The notes below the pieces were generated by a model. It ran no database searches and was not told the origin of the DNA. It was given only the letters and a program-made list of their open reading frames with translations. The position numbers and the translations under genes are program-made. Positions 17,631-25,625 of a stretch of DNA of 27,083 nt are shown here, piece by piece (the stretch's first letter is position 1; each line of letters begins with the position of its first letter). Source of the stretch: a virus (taxonomy: Duplodnaviria > Caudoviricetes); the IMG/VR virus record IMGVR_UViG_3300020045_019679, positions 1 through 27,083 of that record, one strand, 5' to 3'.

Positions 17631-19252
17631 GACCTTGTTTTGGAGAAGATGATTATTCCCTCCTGGGAGGAAGGTCTTGTTGGTATCTTCCTCAATGGGG
17701 GGAATGCACGTCTGAGCATACCTCCCCTTGGTGTGAGGAGAGTCGTCTCTACTCTTGCCAGACACCTCTCGAACCGAATGAGATAGGACAGGGGACGAGT
17801 CGTGGTTGTGAAGTTGGTTGTGCTAATTGTTATGACTATCCAGTATCTTCATTGATAAATCATTTCGTTCCAACCAATGGAAGACGTTTTCTCGCACCAT
17901 CTCTTAGTTTTCCAAATCGTGCAGCAGATGGATTGATGCATGATCTTGGAAGAGAGCCGATGCGGATTCCTCGTGTTGCTCGATTCAAACGAGCGGCTTG
18001 CTGGCATAATAATGGTCTCGAAGAGTTTGGAACCTGTCAATGCGATTGCTGGCCTGGCAATTCGACATTGTCTGATGGGGTGGTGTGTCCTGATGGAACT
18101 CCTGTCGATGGTGAGGTGACTGGGGCTTATCATGACTGCTATGCTTATACTGATTATGATTCTCCTCCTCAGACAGAATGCCGACACACCAATGATCATT
18201 ATGAAGTTCCGGTCGAGTTGGGAGCTGGTCGTCTATTCAATGCTGCCAATCATCGTACCAATGGATGTCTCGTGAATCTGATGATGCTCTGTGCGGGAGC
18301 AGCTCCGAGTTCTCATTGCTCAGGAAGTTTTCTCAATATGGGGCGAACAGGAGCTTATTACTATGATTGGTTGACTGGAACGATTGTAGAATTTCCTCCA
18401 TATTGTCCAGGGACAGGTACCTGCTTCTATATGAATCCAACCACGGATGGTAGAGGAGTCAGGCAGTTCTTCAATCGTCTGTATATCAAAGGGAATACTG
18501 CACGGCTGAGGAATGTGAATTCTGATCCTGTTATCGACGCTAAGAATGCCGTCTTGCGTCATCTTGCAGGACGTTCAGAGTTCGATCAGATTGACTTCAA
18601 GGGGGTAGATGGAGATTCTAGCCTCATTGATTATTGGTCTCGTTCGATGTCTAGAGTTTCGGGAACACCAAACCTCTCGATGCCTGCTGTTTGGGAATAC
18701 CCTCTGAGTCATCTTCGAAATGCGGGTTGTTTGATTCCTGCTACTTTGAGATTGAGAGATGCGTCGATTCAGATGAGTCTCTATATCGTTCAGAAGAAAG
18801 GAAGTCCCACGAATGTTCAGATCCCCTATGTGACCATACGCATTCGTGCAGAATGTGTGGTAACAGTCCCCTCTACTCTGTGCCCTCTGATTCGACCGTG
18901 GGCTGATGATCCCACCGAGATAGAATTGAGAATTGATAATGAAGGGAACGGGCATCTCCCAGTTGTGACACCATCATTAGATGATATGGTCTTCGTTGAT
19001 GCAGCTGGTCGTATTTCGAATCCCCCTGTGATTGTCGAATGGTGGGGGATGCTTGGGGCTTTCAGTGATCCTCAGACTGCTAATATCTATGATAGTCATG
19101 GTGAAGGTATACGCAATCTTGGGAATGTATGTCAACATCTTTGGGATACTATACAGCAGCAGAACATCGTAGTGGGAGGATGGCCATACGCCCCTTCTTC
19201 GTCTGGTAGTCCAAACCAGGTATATGAAGGGCAATTGGTATTGGGATTCTAA
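17627..19252 (+). CDS. hypothetical protein with Cys-rich N-terminal half (probably tail-associated)
   Basis: GTGA overlap. 541 aa with about 24 Cys, about 20 of them in the first half, and a beta-rich C-half. Confidence 0.6.
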   Translation: MRPCFGEDDYSLLGGRSCWYLPQWGECTSEHTSPWCEESRLYSCQTPLEPNEIGQGTSRGCEVGCANCYDYPVSSLINHFVPTNGRRFLAPSLSFPNRAADGLMHDLGREPMRIPRVARFKRAACWHNNGLEEFGTCQCDCWPGNSTLSDGVVCPDGTPVDGEVTGAYHDCYAYTDYDSPPQTECRHTNDHYEVPVELGAGRLFNAANHRTNGCLVNLMMLCAGAAPSSHCSGSFLNMGRTGAYYYDWLTGTIVEFPPYCPGTGTCFYMNPTTDGRGVRQFFNRLYIKGNTARLRNVNSDPVIDAKNAVLRHLAGRSEFDQIDFKGVDGDSSLIDYWSRSMSRVSGTPNLSMPAVWEYPLSHLRNAGCLIPATLRLRDASIQMSLYIVQKKGSPTNVQIPYVTIRIRAECVVTVPSTLCPLIRPWADDPTEIELRIDNEGNGHLPVVTPSLDDMVFVDAAGRISNPPVIVEWWGMLGAFSDPQTANIYDSHGEGIRNLGNVCQHLWDTIQQQNIVVGGWPYAPSSSGSPNQVYEGQLVLGF

Positions 19253-19266
19253 TATGAGGAAAATAA

Positions 19267-20007
19267 ATGGGAACTATAAGAACAGTGCCTGATAAAGAAA
19301 AACCAACGACCCCTCCAATGATACCTCCTCCGCCTCCGCCTCCGCCTCCGCCTAATGAAACAACAACGAGAGGTGAGCCTCCTCCGAAAAAGAAATGCGG
19401 TCAGTGTATTCAAGACAATCTTGCGGGACAGGTTTCTTCTCGAGGTCCTCGTTACAGTATCTATCTGCCATGGTTCTCGAGAATTATAGGGAAAGGGTGT
19501 GCTCGTTGTGGAGGACGTCCTCCTGGCTGGGTGCAGAGGCAGATGACAACCCCTTATCGATTCAAGCGATTTGTTCTATGGTCTGTGAATCTTGTTCCTC
19601 GAATGTGTTCTCTTATTGGTGTGGTGATGAGCAGGAAAGCCTCCTTTGCTCAGCAAGCTGAACGTCATGCGAAGTGTGAAAGATGTCCAGGAGTCAGTTC
19701 TCAAGAATCGTGGACGCCTGGATTAGTGAAGGAACTTCGTTTGGTAAGAGGGAGGATGACCGAGACATCTTTCTGTAATATATGCGACTGTCCACGATGG
19801 AGAATGCCTAGGTGGATTCGTTGGTTGTGGGATATAGGATCCCATCTGGATTATAAGAATAGTAAGAAGGGGCATAGGTGTCCTCTAGGATTGCACGAAG
19901 GGAGTAGTTATGAACGTATCTATCTAGAATATATTCAGAAGGTTCTGCCTGCTGTAGATAATACTCCTGAGCAGAAACAGACGAATCAATCTACGAGTCA
20001 TGCATAA
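19267..20007 (+). CDS. Pro-rich, basic, multi-CxxC (putative metal-binding) hypothetical protein
   Basis: RBS GAGGA. P10 run; CGQC, CARC, CERCP, CNICDCP and CPLG motifs. Confidence 0.6.
   Translation: MGTIRTVPDKEKPTTPPMIPPPPPPPPPPNETTTRGEPPPKKKCGQCIQDNLAGQVSSRGPRYSIYLPWFSRIIGKGCARCGGRPPGWVQRQMTTPYRFKRFVLWSVNLVPRMCSLIGVVMSRKASFAQQAERHAKCERCPGVSSQESWTPGLVKELRLVRGRMTETSFCNICDCPRWRMPRWIRWLWDIGSHLDYKNSKKGHRCPLGLHEGSSYERIYLEYIQKVLPAVDNTPEQKQTNQSTSHA
19327..19350 (+). repeat. (CCTCCG)4 hexamer tandem repeat encoding poly-Pro
   Basis: Four exact copies read directly from the sequence. Confidence 0.9.
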
Positions 20008-20285
20008 TGCGAAAGAAATTCAGAGTAACAATAAATGGGCGGTGCTATCGCGTTGTCGAGAAGAAACTCGACGGTGAATATGGTCGAGTCGATTACCACC
20101 TCGATAGGATCACAATTGATTCGACCATGCGTGAGAAATCGAAGGAGGCCCAGGCGGAGATATTGTTGCATGAAGCTATTCATATCATTGCTCCCAATTG
20201 GAAAGAAGAGAAGGTGCTTCGTGCGGGGAAAGATCTAGCAAGGTTGTTAGTCACTTCGGGAGTACTCAATGAAAAAGAAGTCTAG
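20007..20285 (+). CDS. small zincin-like HExxH protein (minimal metallopeptidase fold)
   Basis: 'YGRVDY...RITIDS.......EILLHEAIH' followed by 'EEKV', typical of small phage HExxH proteins. TAATG coupling. Confidence 0.7.
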   Translation: MRKKFRVTINGRCYRVVEKKLDGEYGRVDYHLDRITIDSTMREKSKEAQAEILLHEAIHIIAPNWKEEKVLRAGKDLARLLVTSGVLNEKEV

Positions 20286-21180
20286 AATTACCAGAAAGAA
20301 AAAGCCAGAAGCATATAGGGACTATGGCAGAAAGCTTATACGACCGAAAGAAAAGGGTCGACGTCATATTGTGGTTGTCAGTGATCTTCATGTGGGATGT
20401 CAATTAGGACTCTGTCCTCCAGAAGGATTCATGGCTGAAGGAGGTCATTATAAACCTTCGAGGTTTCAGCAAGGGGTGTGGAAGCTCTGGGAACGATTTT
20501 GGAAGGTCGAGGTGCCTGAGATCACCGAGGGTGAAGATTACGATATTGTGGTCAATGGTGAGTTTATAGATGGGTCCCATCATGGATCAACGACTCAATG
20601 GTCTCATAATATCACTGATCAGAGTCTAGCTGCTATCCAGGTCATGAAGCCTGTCGTTGAAGCCTGTCCAGGTGATTTCTATGCTATTCGTGGAACCGAG
20701 GCTCATTCTGGTCAGAGTGGATGTGGTGATGAGATGATCGCATCCGTCCTTGGAGCAAAGAAGAATTCGATTGGACAGTCCTCTAGATACGAACTCTGGA
20801 AGACACTTCGAGGAGGACTCGTTCATTTTACTCATCATATTGGAACGACAAGCAGTTCAGCATATGAATCGACTGCTGTCTATAAGGAATTGATAGAGGC
20901 TTATGTTGAAGCTGGGCGGTGGGGGCAGCGAGCTCCTGATGTGGTTGTTCGTTCACATCGTCATCGTCACATTTGCATCGAGATAGCGTCCCAGCATGGT
21001 AAGGCTCTGTCCTTAGTGACTCCTGGATGGCAGGGGAAGACTCCATTCGCTCATAAAGTTGCTGGAGCAAGACAATCACAACCTCAGTTCGGTGGGGTTG
21101 TCTTGAGTTGGTCGAATACTGAGAAGTATGTCTATGCGAGGCATCGTGTATGGAGATTAGAACGAGATGACCCTGAATAA
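20269..21180 (+). CDS. calcineurin-like metallophosphoesterase
   Basis: Motifs VSDLHVG, VNGEFIDG, RGTEAH, FTHH and RSHRH occur in the canonical order. Confidence 0.8.
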   Translation: MKKKSRITRKKKPEAYRDYGRKLIRPKEKGRRHIVVVSDLHVGCQLGLCPPEGFMAEGGHYKPSRFQQGVWKLWERFWKVEVPEITEGEDYDIVVNGEFIDGSHHGSTTQWSHNITDQSLAAIQVMKPVVEACPGDFYAIRGTEAHSGQSGCGDEMIASVLGAKKNSIGQSSRYELWKTLRGGLVHFTHHIGTTSSSAYESTAVYKELIEAYVEAGRWGQRAPDVVVRSHRHRHICIEIASQHGKALSLVTPGWQGKTPFAHKVAGARQSQPQFGGVVLSWSNTEKYVYARHRVWRLERDDPE

Positions 21181-21526
21181 AGAAAATGTCTGGTTTATTA
21201 CCGAGCACGAGACAGATAATGATGGTGGTCGTATTCAAAAAATGAATTCCCCTAGAGTTAAACGTAAGAAAGGCCGTGACGTTAGAGTTCCTTCTATATC
21301 TGAATGGATGCAGGCTCTATCTTCGGCTATGAAGACTGCTGGTGGTGAGGGGATGACTACCTCTCAGATTCGTGAAATAACGGGGTGGTCTGCTTTTAAG
21401 ATTCTTGGATTGCTGCGAAGCTTGATTCGAGAAGGCAGAGCAGAATGTATCCGCGTCCAACGAACTGATATCTCGGGTAGAGTAGGACCAGTGACGGGCT
21501 ACCGATTGAAGAAAGGTAAGAAATGA
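21167..21526 (+). CDS. putative winged helix-turn-helix DNA-binding protein
   Basis: 'GMTTSQIREITGWSAFKILGLLRSLIREGRAE' HTH followed by a beta-hairpin ending 'GYRL'. Confidence 0.65.
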   Translation: MTLNKENVWFITEHETDNDGGRIQKMNSPRVKRKKGRDVRVPSISEWMQALSSAMKTAGGEGMTTSQIREITGWSAFKILGLLRSLIREGRAECIRVQRTDISGRVGPVTGYRLKKGKK

Positions 21527-21948
21527 GTATACCTACGGAAGTACTTTCTACTGGAGCAGTTCGACAGAAGATAGATGGACGTGGTTTGTATAATCTAATG
21601 AGTCCCTTCGTTCTCGAGCGTGATGCGAAGCTTTATGAATGGGGAGCAGGGAATCGTGGGGAACGAAATTGGGAATTGGGAATGCCTTTCTCACGCTGTA
21701 TCCGTTCAATCTTTTCTCATTTGATGCAGGTGATGCTGAGGGAAAATGATGAGGATCATGGTGATAGTCTCGCCGCTATTAGATTCTGGGCAGGGGCGAT
21801 GATGCATTATGAAGAAATGATTAAGAGGGGGATTCTCCCAACGTCTCTCGATGATAGACCTCGATATGATTGTCAAGGGACGTTGGCAGGTAGTATGTCG
21901 AAAGGAAAGCCTATTGGAAGTGGTGTGTTGAAAGGAGGGTCTATTTGA
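21523..21948 (+). CDS. DUF5664-like dATP/dGTP diphosphohydrolase domain protein
   Basis: 'TGAVR...GRG.YNLMSP..L.R.A..YE.GA...GERNWE.GMP.SR...S...HL.......DEDH...LAAI' matches the DUF5664 pattern as I recall it. Confidence 0.75.
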   Translation: MSIPTEVLSTGAVRQKIDGRGLYNLMSPFVLERDAKLYEWGAGNRGERNWELGMPFSRCIRSIFSHLMQVMLRENDEDHGDSLAAIRFWAGAMMHYEEMIKRGILPTSLDDRPRYDCQGTLAGSMSKGKPIGSGVLKGGSI

Positions 21949-22025
21949 ATAGAATTTCGAGGACATTGGTTTGGGGTGTGTTCTTTGGTGTTACTGCTAG
22001 TGTGTTGCTGGCAGCTTGTCTCTAG
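21945..22025 (+). CDS. small membrane peptide / lipoprotein-signal-like ORF (26 aa)
   Basis: TTG start overlapping the previous stop (TTGA), with GGAGG 6 nt upstream. Translates MNRISRTLVWGVFFGVTASVLLAACL*. Confidence 0.45.
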   Translation: MNRISRTLVWGVFFGVTASVLLAACL

Positions 22026-22040
22026 ATAGAAGGAGAGAAT

Positions 22041-22157
22041 ATGTTTATATCATTGTTTCAGACGGTAGCGAATTTTGGTTGGAGTTCGTGGTTGTTCAAG
22101 GTTGTGTCTGATCTGTTCACAGCTTTGTTTGGTGGAGCGAGTGGAGGTGTTCTGTGA
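22041..22157 (+). CDS. small amphipathic/hydrophobic peptide (38 aa)
   Basis: Strong RBS AAGGAGAG. Translates MFISLFQTVANFGWSSWLFKVVSDLFTALFGGASGGVL*; the stop overlaps the next start (GTGA). Confidence 0.65.
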   Translation: MFISLFQTVANFGWSSWLFKVVSDLFTALFGGASGGVL

Positions 22158-22765
22158 GGCAAAGGTCAACTCAGAATCTAGACTATCTCGTGACGATAGG
22201 GATTTGGTTTGGGGGAGTAGGTCTCTTGTCAGGGTGCTCATTATCAGTCAAGCCTGACTGGTCTGCGAAGACACTTGCTCAATATAGCAATCCTTCGACT
22301 ATCGTGGATCTTCGAAAGGGGATAATTGAGATTTCAGCTTCTGCGAATGGGGAGCTGACTCTCGATGATGTGACAATATCGAAGGATGGGACTCTTCATG
22401 TCAAAGGGAATGCCAAGTTCCAGAGCAGTCCTGAGTTGGTCATAGATGCTGAAGGACGCCGAGTTCCGGCGGCAGTATTGGGGTCGTCTCAACTCGCGAT
22501 GATGGAGATGACTGTCAAGCTCGATGCAGGGCTCACCGAACGTCATCGGATTGTTGGTGAGAATATGAAAGCGGCAGGACAGATGGTTGCTCTAGCAGCA
22601 GTCGGTGGAGGAGAGGCTATCAAATCTGTGATGGATGGAGTAGCTCCCGTCCTCGCTGGAAGTTCCGCAAATCTCGACCTGGCGAAGATGATGGGGAGTG
22701 TCACTCTTGGAGGGACTCCATCAACAACCACTGCTCCTGCACCAGTAGTTGGTCCGGTTCCCTGA
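22154..22765 (+). CDS. putative lipoprotein
   Basis: Basic N-terminus, hydrophobic stretch and lipobox LSGC (Cys28). GGAGG upstream of the GTG start. Confidence 0.65.
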   Translation: MRQRSTQNLDYLVTIGIWFGGVGLLSGCSLSVKPDWSAKTLAQYSNPSTIVDLRKGIIEISASANGELTLDDVTISKDGTLHVKGNAKFQSSPELVIDAEGRRVPAAVLGSSQLAMMEMTVKLDAGLTERHRIVGENMKAAGQMVALAAVGGGEAIKSVMDGVAPVLAGSSANLDLAKMMGSVTLGGTPSTTTAPAPVVGPVP

Positions 22766-22773
22766 GGTATGTA

Positions 22774-22847
22774 TGCGGCGTAGGGTAGAAGGTAATCCCG
22801 CCAGAGTCATAATCTGGAGGTCGTGGGTTCGAATCCCACCGCCGCTA
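22774..22847 (+). tRNA. tRNA with CAT anticodon (Met, initiator-like but atypical)
   Basis: Acceptor GCGGCG/CGCCGC with a T1:T72 mismatch; D-stem GGG/CCC; anticodon stem CCAGA/TCTGG with loop GT-CAT-AA; T-arm GTGGG-TTCGAAT-CCCAC; discriminator A; CCA not encoded. Confidence 0.92.
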
Positions 22848-22891
22848 TTAGGTGGAATTATTTCATTGTCTGGAACAGGATGGAGACGGGT

Positions 22892-23362
22892 ATGAGCCAG
22901 AAGCTGGTTTTTCTTGACATGGATGGGGTATTGGTTGATCTTCCTCAGGACAATAAGCATCTCCCCATAGGGAATAGACTAGAATGGGATGATGCCATCT
23001 TCTGGGGAAATCTTCCCAAACTTCCTTGGGCAGATCAGCTTGTTGATTTCTGTTTCAGCAATTTCGATGAGACATACATCCTCTCCCGTCCCTGCGGCGC
23101 ACCGTCGGTAATAGGGAAGCATTCATGGATGGAAAAGCATTACCCTATCCTCAAGAAAAATGTCATACTGACTAGAAGTAAGCATCTTCTTGCGAAAGCA
23201 GGACGTGTTCTTATTGACGATGATTGTGATCAATGCGCAAGGTTCTTCGAGGCGGGAGGGCATACGGTATGGATTCCTAATCCTCGAATCCATCTCTTTG
23301 AAGAAATGCCTACCTTCACAACAATCCTCTCGACTCTGCAAGAATTACTCAAGAGGATTTGA
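22892..23362 (+). CDS. HAD-superfamily 5'(3')-deoxyribonucleotidase (NT5C-like)
   Basis: FLDMDGVLVD (DxD), FW.NLP, ILS, GK..W, K..LA....LIDD. Start moved to ATG 22892 (GGAG upstream) so that it does not overlap the tRNA. Confidence 0.88.
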   Translation: MSQKLVFLDMDGVLVDLPQDNKHLPIGNRLEWDDAIFWGNLPKLPWADQLVDFCFSNFDETYILSRPCGAPSVIGKHSWMEKHYPILKKNVILTRSKHLLAKAGRVLIDDDCDQCARFFEAGGHTVWIPNPRIHLFEEMPTFTTILSTLQELLKRI

Positions 23363-23366
23363 TCCC

Positions 23367-24755
23367 GTGAAGGACCTACCTTCTTCTATACCTCCTTGTC
23401 AAGAAGGCAAGACTTACCTACCGTATCAGATCGAGGGGATCCAGTTCGCACTGAGTCTTTCTGCGTCTCTCAATGCAGATGAGATGGGTCTAGGTAAAAC
23501 TATTCAAGCTATCGGAGTTATCAATTCAGATGCAACTATTAAGAATTGCTTAATAGTTGCACCTGCATTCCTGCGAATAAACTGGGCCAGAGAAGTGAAA
23601 GATTGGTGCGTGCGCAAGACATCTATATTGATAATCACAGGACGGGGAGCTCGTACGATCGAACCAACAGCACGCACGCGAGTGGTGATCATCGGGTACG
23701 ATGTGGTAGCTCACCACCGAAATCTTATCGACAGTGTCGAATGGGACCTGCTTATAGTCGATGAAGCACACTATATCAAGACAATAGGGACTCAGCGCAC
23801 TGTCGCAGTTCTGGGTGGGAGGAAACGTGGGGTCAGGAAGAAGGGTGAGAAGAAACTACCTTCTATCATATTCACCCCGATCAAAGCCCGCAAGAGAATC
23901 TTCTTGACAGGGACTCCTATGCTCAGTCGTCCATTGGATCTCTGGCCTCTGATGAAATCACTCGATCCAATAGGACTGGGGCAGAGCTTCACGAAATTCA
24001 CGTCTAGGTATTGTCGTCCACGACGGACTCATTGGGGGATGGATTATTCAGGATTTGCTAATCTGAGAGAACTGGGTGAGAGACTCTCACCTTTTATGAT
24101 TCGCCGACTCAAGAAAGATGTCCTCACACAACTCCCAGAGAAACGCAGGCAGGTCATCGAGCTTCCTAACGACGGTCTGACCAAATACCTTCAAGATGAA
24201 TTATCAACGTATGACACTTATGAAGCCTTTATCAAAGAAGGGCAGACGAAAATGAGCAAGACTGTTTTCACCGAGCTGTCTGCCCTTCGTCGTACCGTTG
24301 CTCTTGAGAAGATTCCTCAGGTGGTCGATCATCTTCGCGAGTGCTTGCTAGATGGTCCCGTGGTATGCTTTGCTCATCATACCGATGTAGTCAATGGAAT
24401 AGCTTCTGAGTTTGGAAGGTGTGTAAAAATCTTAGGTGAGACCCCAATGAAAGAACGTCAGTTGGCAATCGATCAGTTCCAGAGGGGAGATGCTCGATTA
24501 ATTGTAGGCAATATCAGAGCGATGGGGATCGGTTGCACACTCACTACCTCACAGCATGTGGTCTTCGCAGAGCTCGATTGGACACCGGCATTGATGGCTC
24601 AGGCTGAGGACAGATGTCATCGTATAGGTCAGAAGAATGCTGTTCTAATTCAATATCTTGTGCTGGCTGACAGCCTCGATGCGAAGATTGTTAAGACTCT
24701 TATTCGTAAGCAGAAGGTTATTGGGAGTGTGCTTGGGAATGTAACAGATTTGTAA
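23367..24755 (+). CDS. SNF2-family (HARP/SMARCAL1-like) helicase/translocase
   Basis: YQIEG, ADEMGLGKT, DEAH, LTGTP, RRLKKDVL.QLP, ELDWTP...QAEDRCHRIGQ. Likely start GTG 23367 with GAGGA upstream. Confidence 0.92.
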   Translation: MKDLPSSIPPCQEGKTYLPYQIEGIQFALSLSASLNADEMGLGKTIQAIGVINSDATIKNCLIVAPAFLRINWAREVKDWCVRKTSILIITGRGARTIEPTARTRVVIIGYDVVAHHRNLIDSVEWDLLIVDEAHYIKTIGTQRTVAVLGGRKRGVRKKGEKKLPSIIFTPIKARKRIFLTGTPMLSRPLDLWPLMKSLDPIGLGQSFTKFTSRYCRPRRTHWGMDYSGFANLRELGERLSPFMIRRLKKDVLTQLPEKRRQVIELPNDGLTKYLQDELSTYDTYEAFIKEGQTKMSKTVFTELSALRRTVALEKIPQVVDHLRECLLDGPVVCFAHHTDVVNGIASEFGRCVKILGETPMKERQLAIDQFQRGDARLIVGNIRAMGIGCTLTTSQHVVFAELDWTPALMAQAEDRCHRIGQKNAVLIQYLVLADSLDAKIVKTLIRKQKVIGSVLGNVTDL

Positions 24756-24778
24756 TATGGGAGGTCTTATTCGTTTTC

Positions 24779-24808
24779 TTGACTGAGATGTTGTATACTT
24801 AATATGTA
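24779..24808 (+). promoter_or_regulatory. possible sigma70-type promoter elements
   Basis: AT-rich 65-nt gap containing TTGACT (24779) and TATACT/TAATAT/TATGTA hexamers. Spacings are imperfect (9, 15, 18). Confidence 0.25.
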
Positions 24809-24820
24809 AGGTGCTTATCT

Positions 24821-25009
24821 ATGTTCTGTTGTTTTGACTGTGGGCGTGTTTTCAAATCGATGGTGAATGCCGAGCATGCAATGACTTGTGGCTGTCCCAC
24901 ATGCGGCGGGACCGATATAGAAGAGATAATTCTGCATAAGACTAATATACTCTCGCGTCAAACATCCGGAGATGACTCAGGAGGCGCGTCAGATTCCATA
25001 GGAGATTGA
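24821..25009 (+). CDS. small Zn-ribbon protein
   Basis: CFDCG...CPTCGGTDIE; AAGG upstream. Confidence 0.55.
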   Translation: MFCCFDCGRVFKSMVNAEHAMTCGCPTCGGTDIEEIILHKTNILSRQTSGDDSGGASDSIGD

Positions 25010-25010
25010 G

Positions 25011-25613
25011 ATGGCCACCAAACCCGAGAAGAGGCTGAAGAGAAATCGAATCGAGAAGGAGCCGACCAAGTTAGCTGAGACTCCGATGCTGAAGAGGGCA
25101 CGAATCCGTCGGAAGGATGCCGAGATTGTCGCAGGCATTCGAGATCAGGCTACGATACTACTTTCATGCTGTGTAGTCGATTGCCCTGGGAAGCCTGTGG
25201 ACGAGATGATGGTGTATAACAAGAGAAGCATCTGTGTCAATCATTTCGAAGAGTTATGTGCTGCTCGGAATAAGAAAGGAGGAGGTCTCGAGATCACCGA
25301 ATTGTTTGATCTCAAACCAATCGAATCTGAGCCTTCGAAGAAGAAGATGAGGGCTTCAGAGGAGCCAAAAGAAGTTCTGACGAAACCGGACAAGCCGTGG
25401 TTCATTGCTAGAGAGAAGATGATCGAGATCTTCAAGAGGAGTCCAGCACATCATACCATCAAAGAACTGCTTGCAGCTCTTCTCGAGAGTGGATGGGTCC
25501 CCCCCACTGAGAACAGAGACCTTCCCGCAACCTTGCATGATGTAGTCAATCGAATGGTCAAGGATCATCTTGTCGTGAAGATCAGTCGTGGAAAATATGC
25601 TAATAATGGGTAG
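25011..25613 (+). CDS. putative DNA-binding protein (Cys/His metal site plus C-terminal winged helix)
   Basis: Basic N-terminus, C..DC...C..H, and a C-terminal 'TIKELL..L...GW......L...V.RM.K..LVVKISRGKY' wHTH-like pattern. RBS AGGAG. Confidence 0.6.
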   Translation: MATKPEKRLKRNRIEKEPTKLAETPMLKRARIRRKDAEIVAGIRDQATILLSCCVVDCPGKPVDEMMVYNKRSICVNHFEELCAARNKKGGGLEITELFDLKPIESEPSKKKMRASEEPKEVLTKPDKPWFIAREKMIEIFKRSPAHHTIKELLAALLESGWVPPTENRDLPATLHDVVNRMVKDHLVVKISRGKYANNG

Positions 25614-25625
25614 AGAGGAGTCTCG

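Noticed and set aside
22774-22847. tRNA as a prophage attachment site or host boundary
   Set aside because: Phage-type genes with similar composition continue on both sides, and no integrase or duplicated tRNA 3' end is visible.
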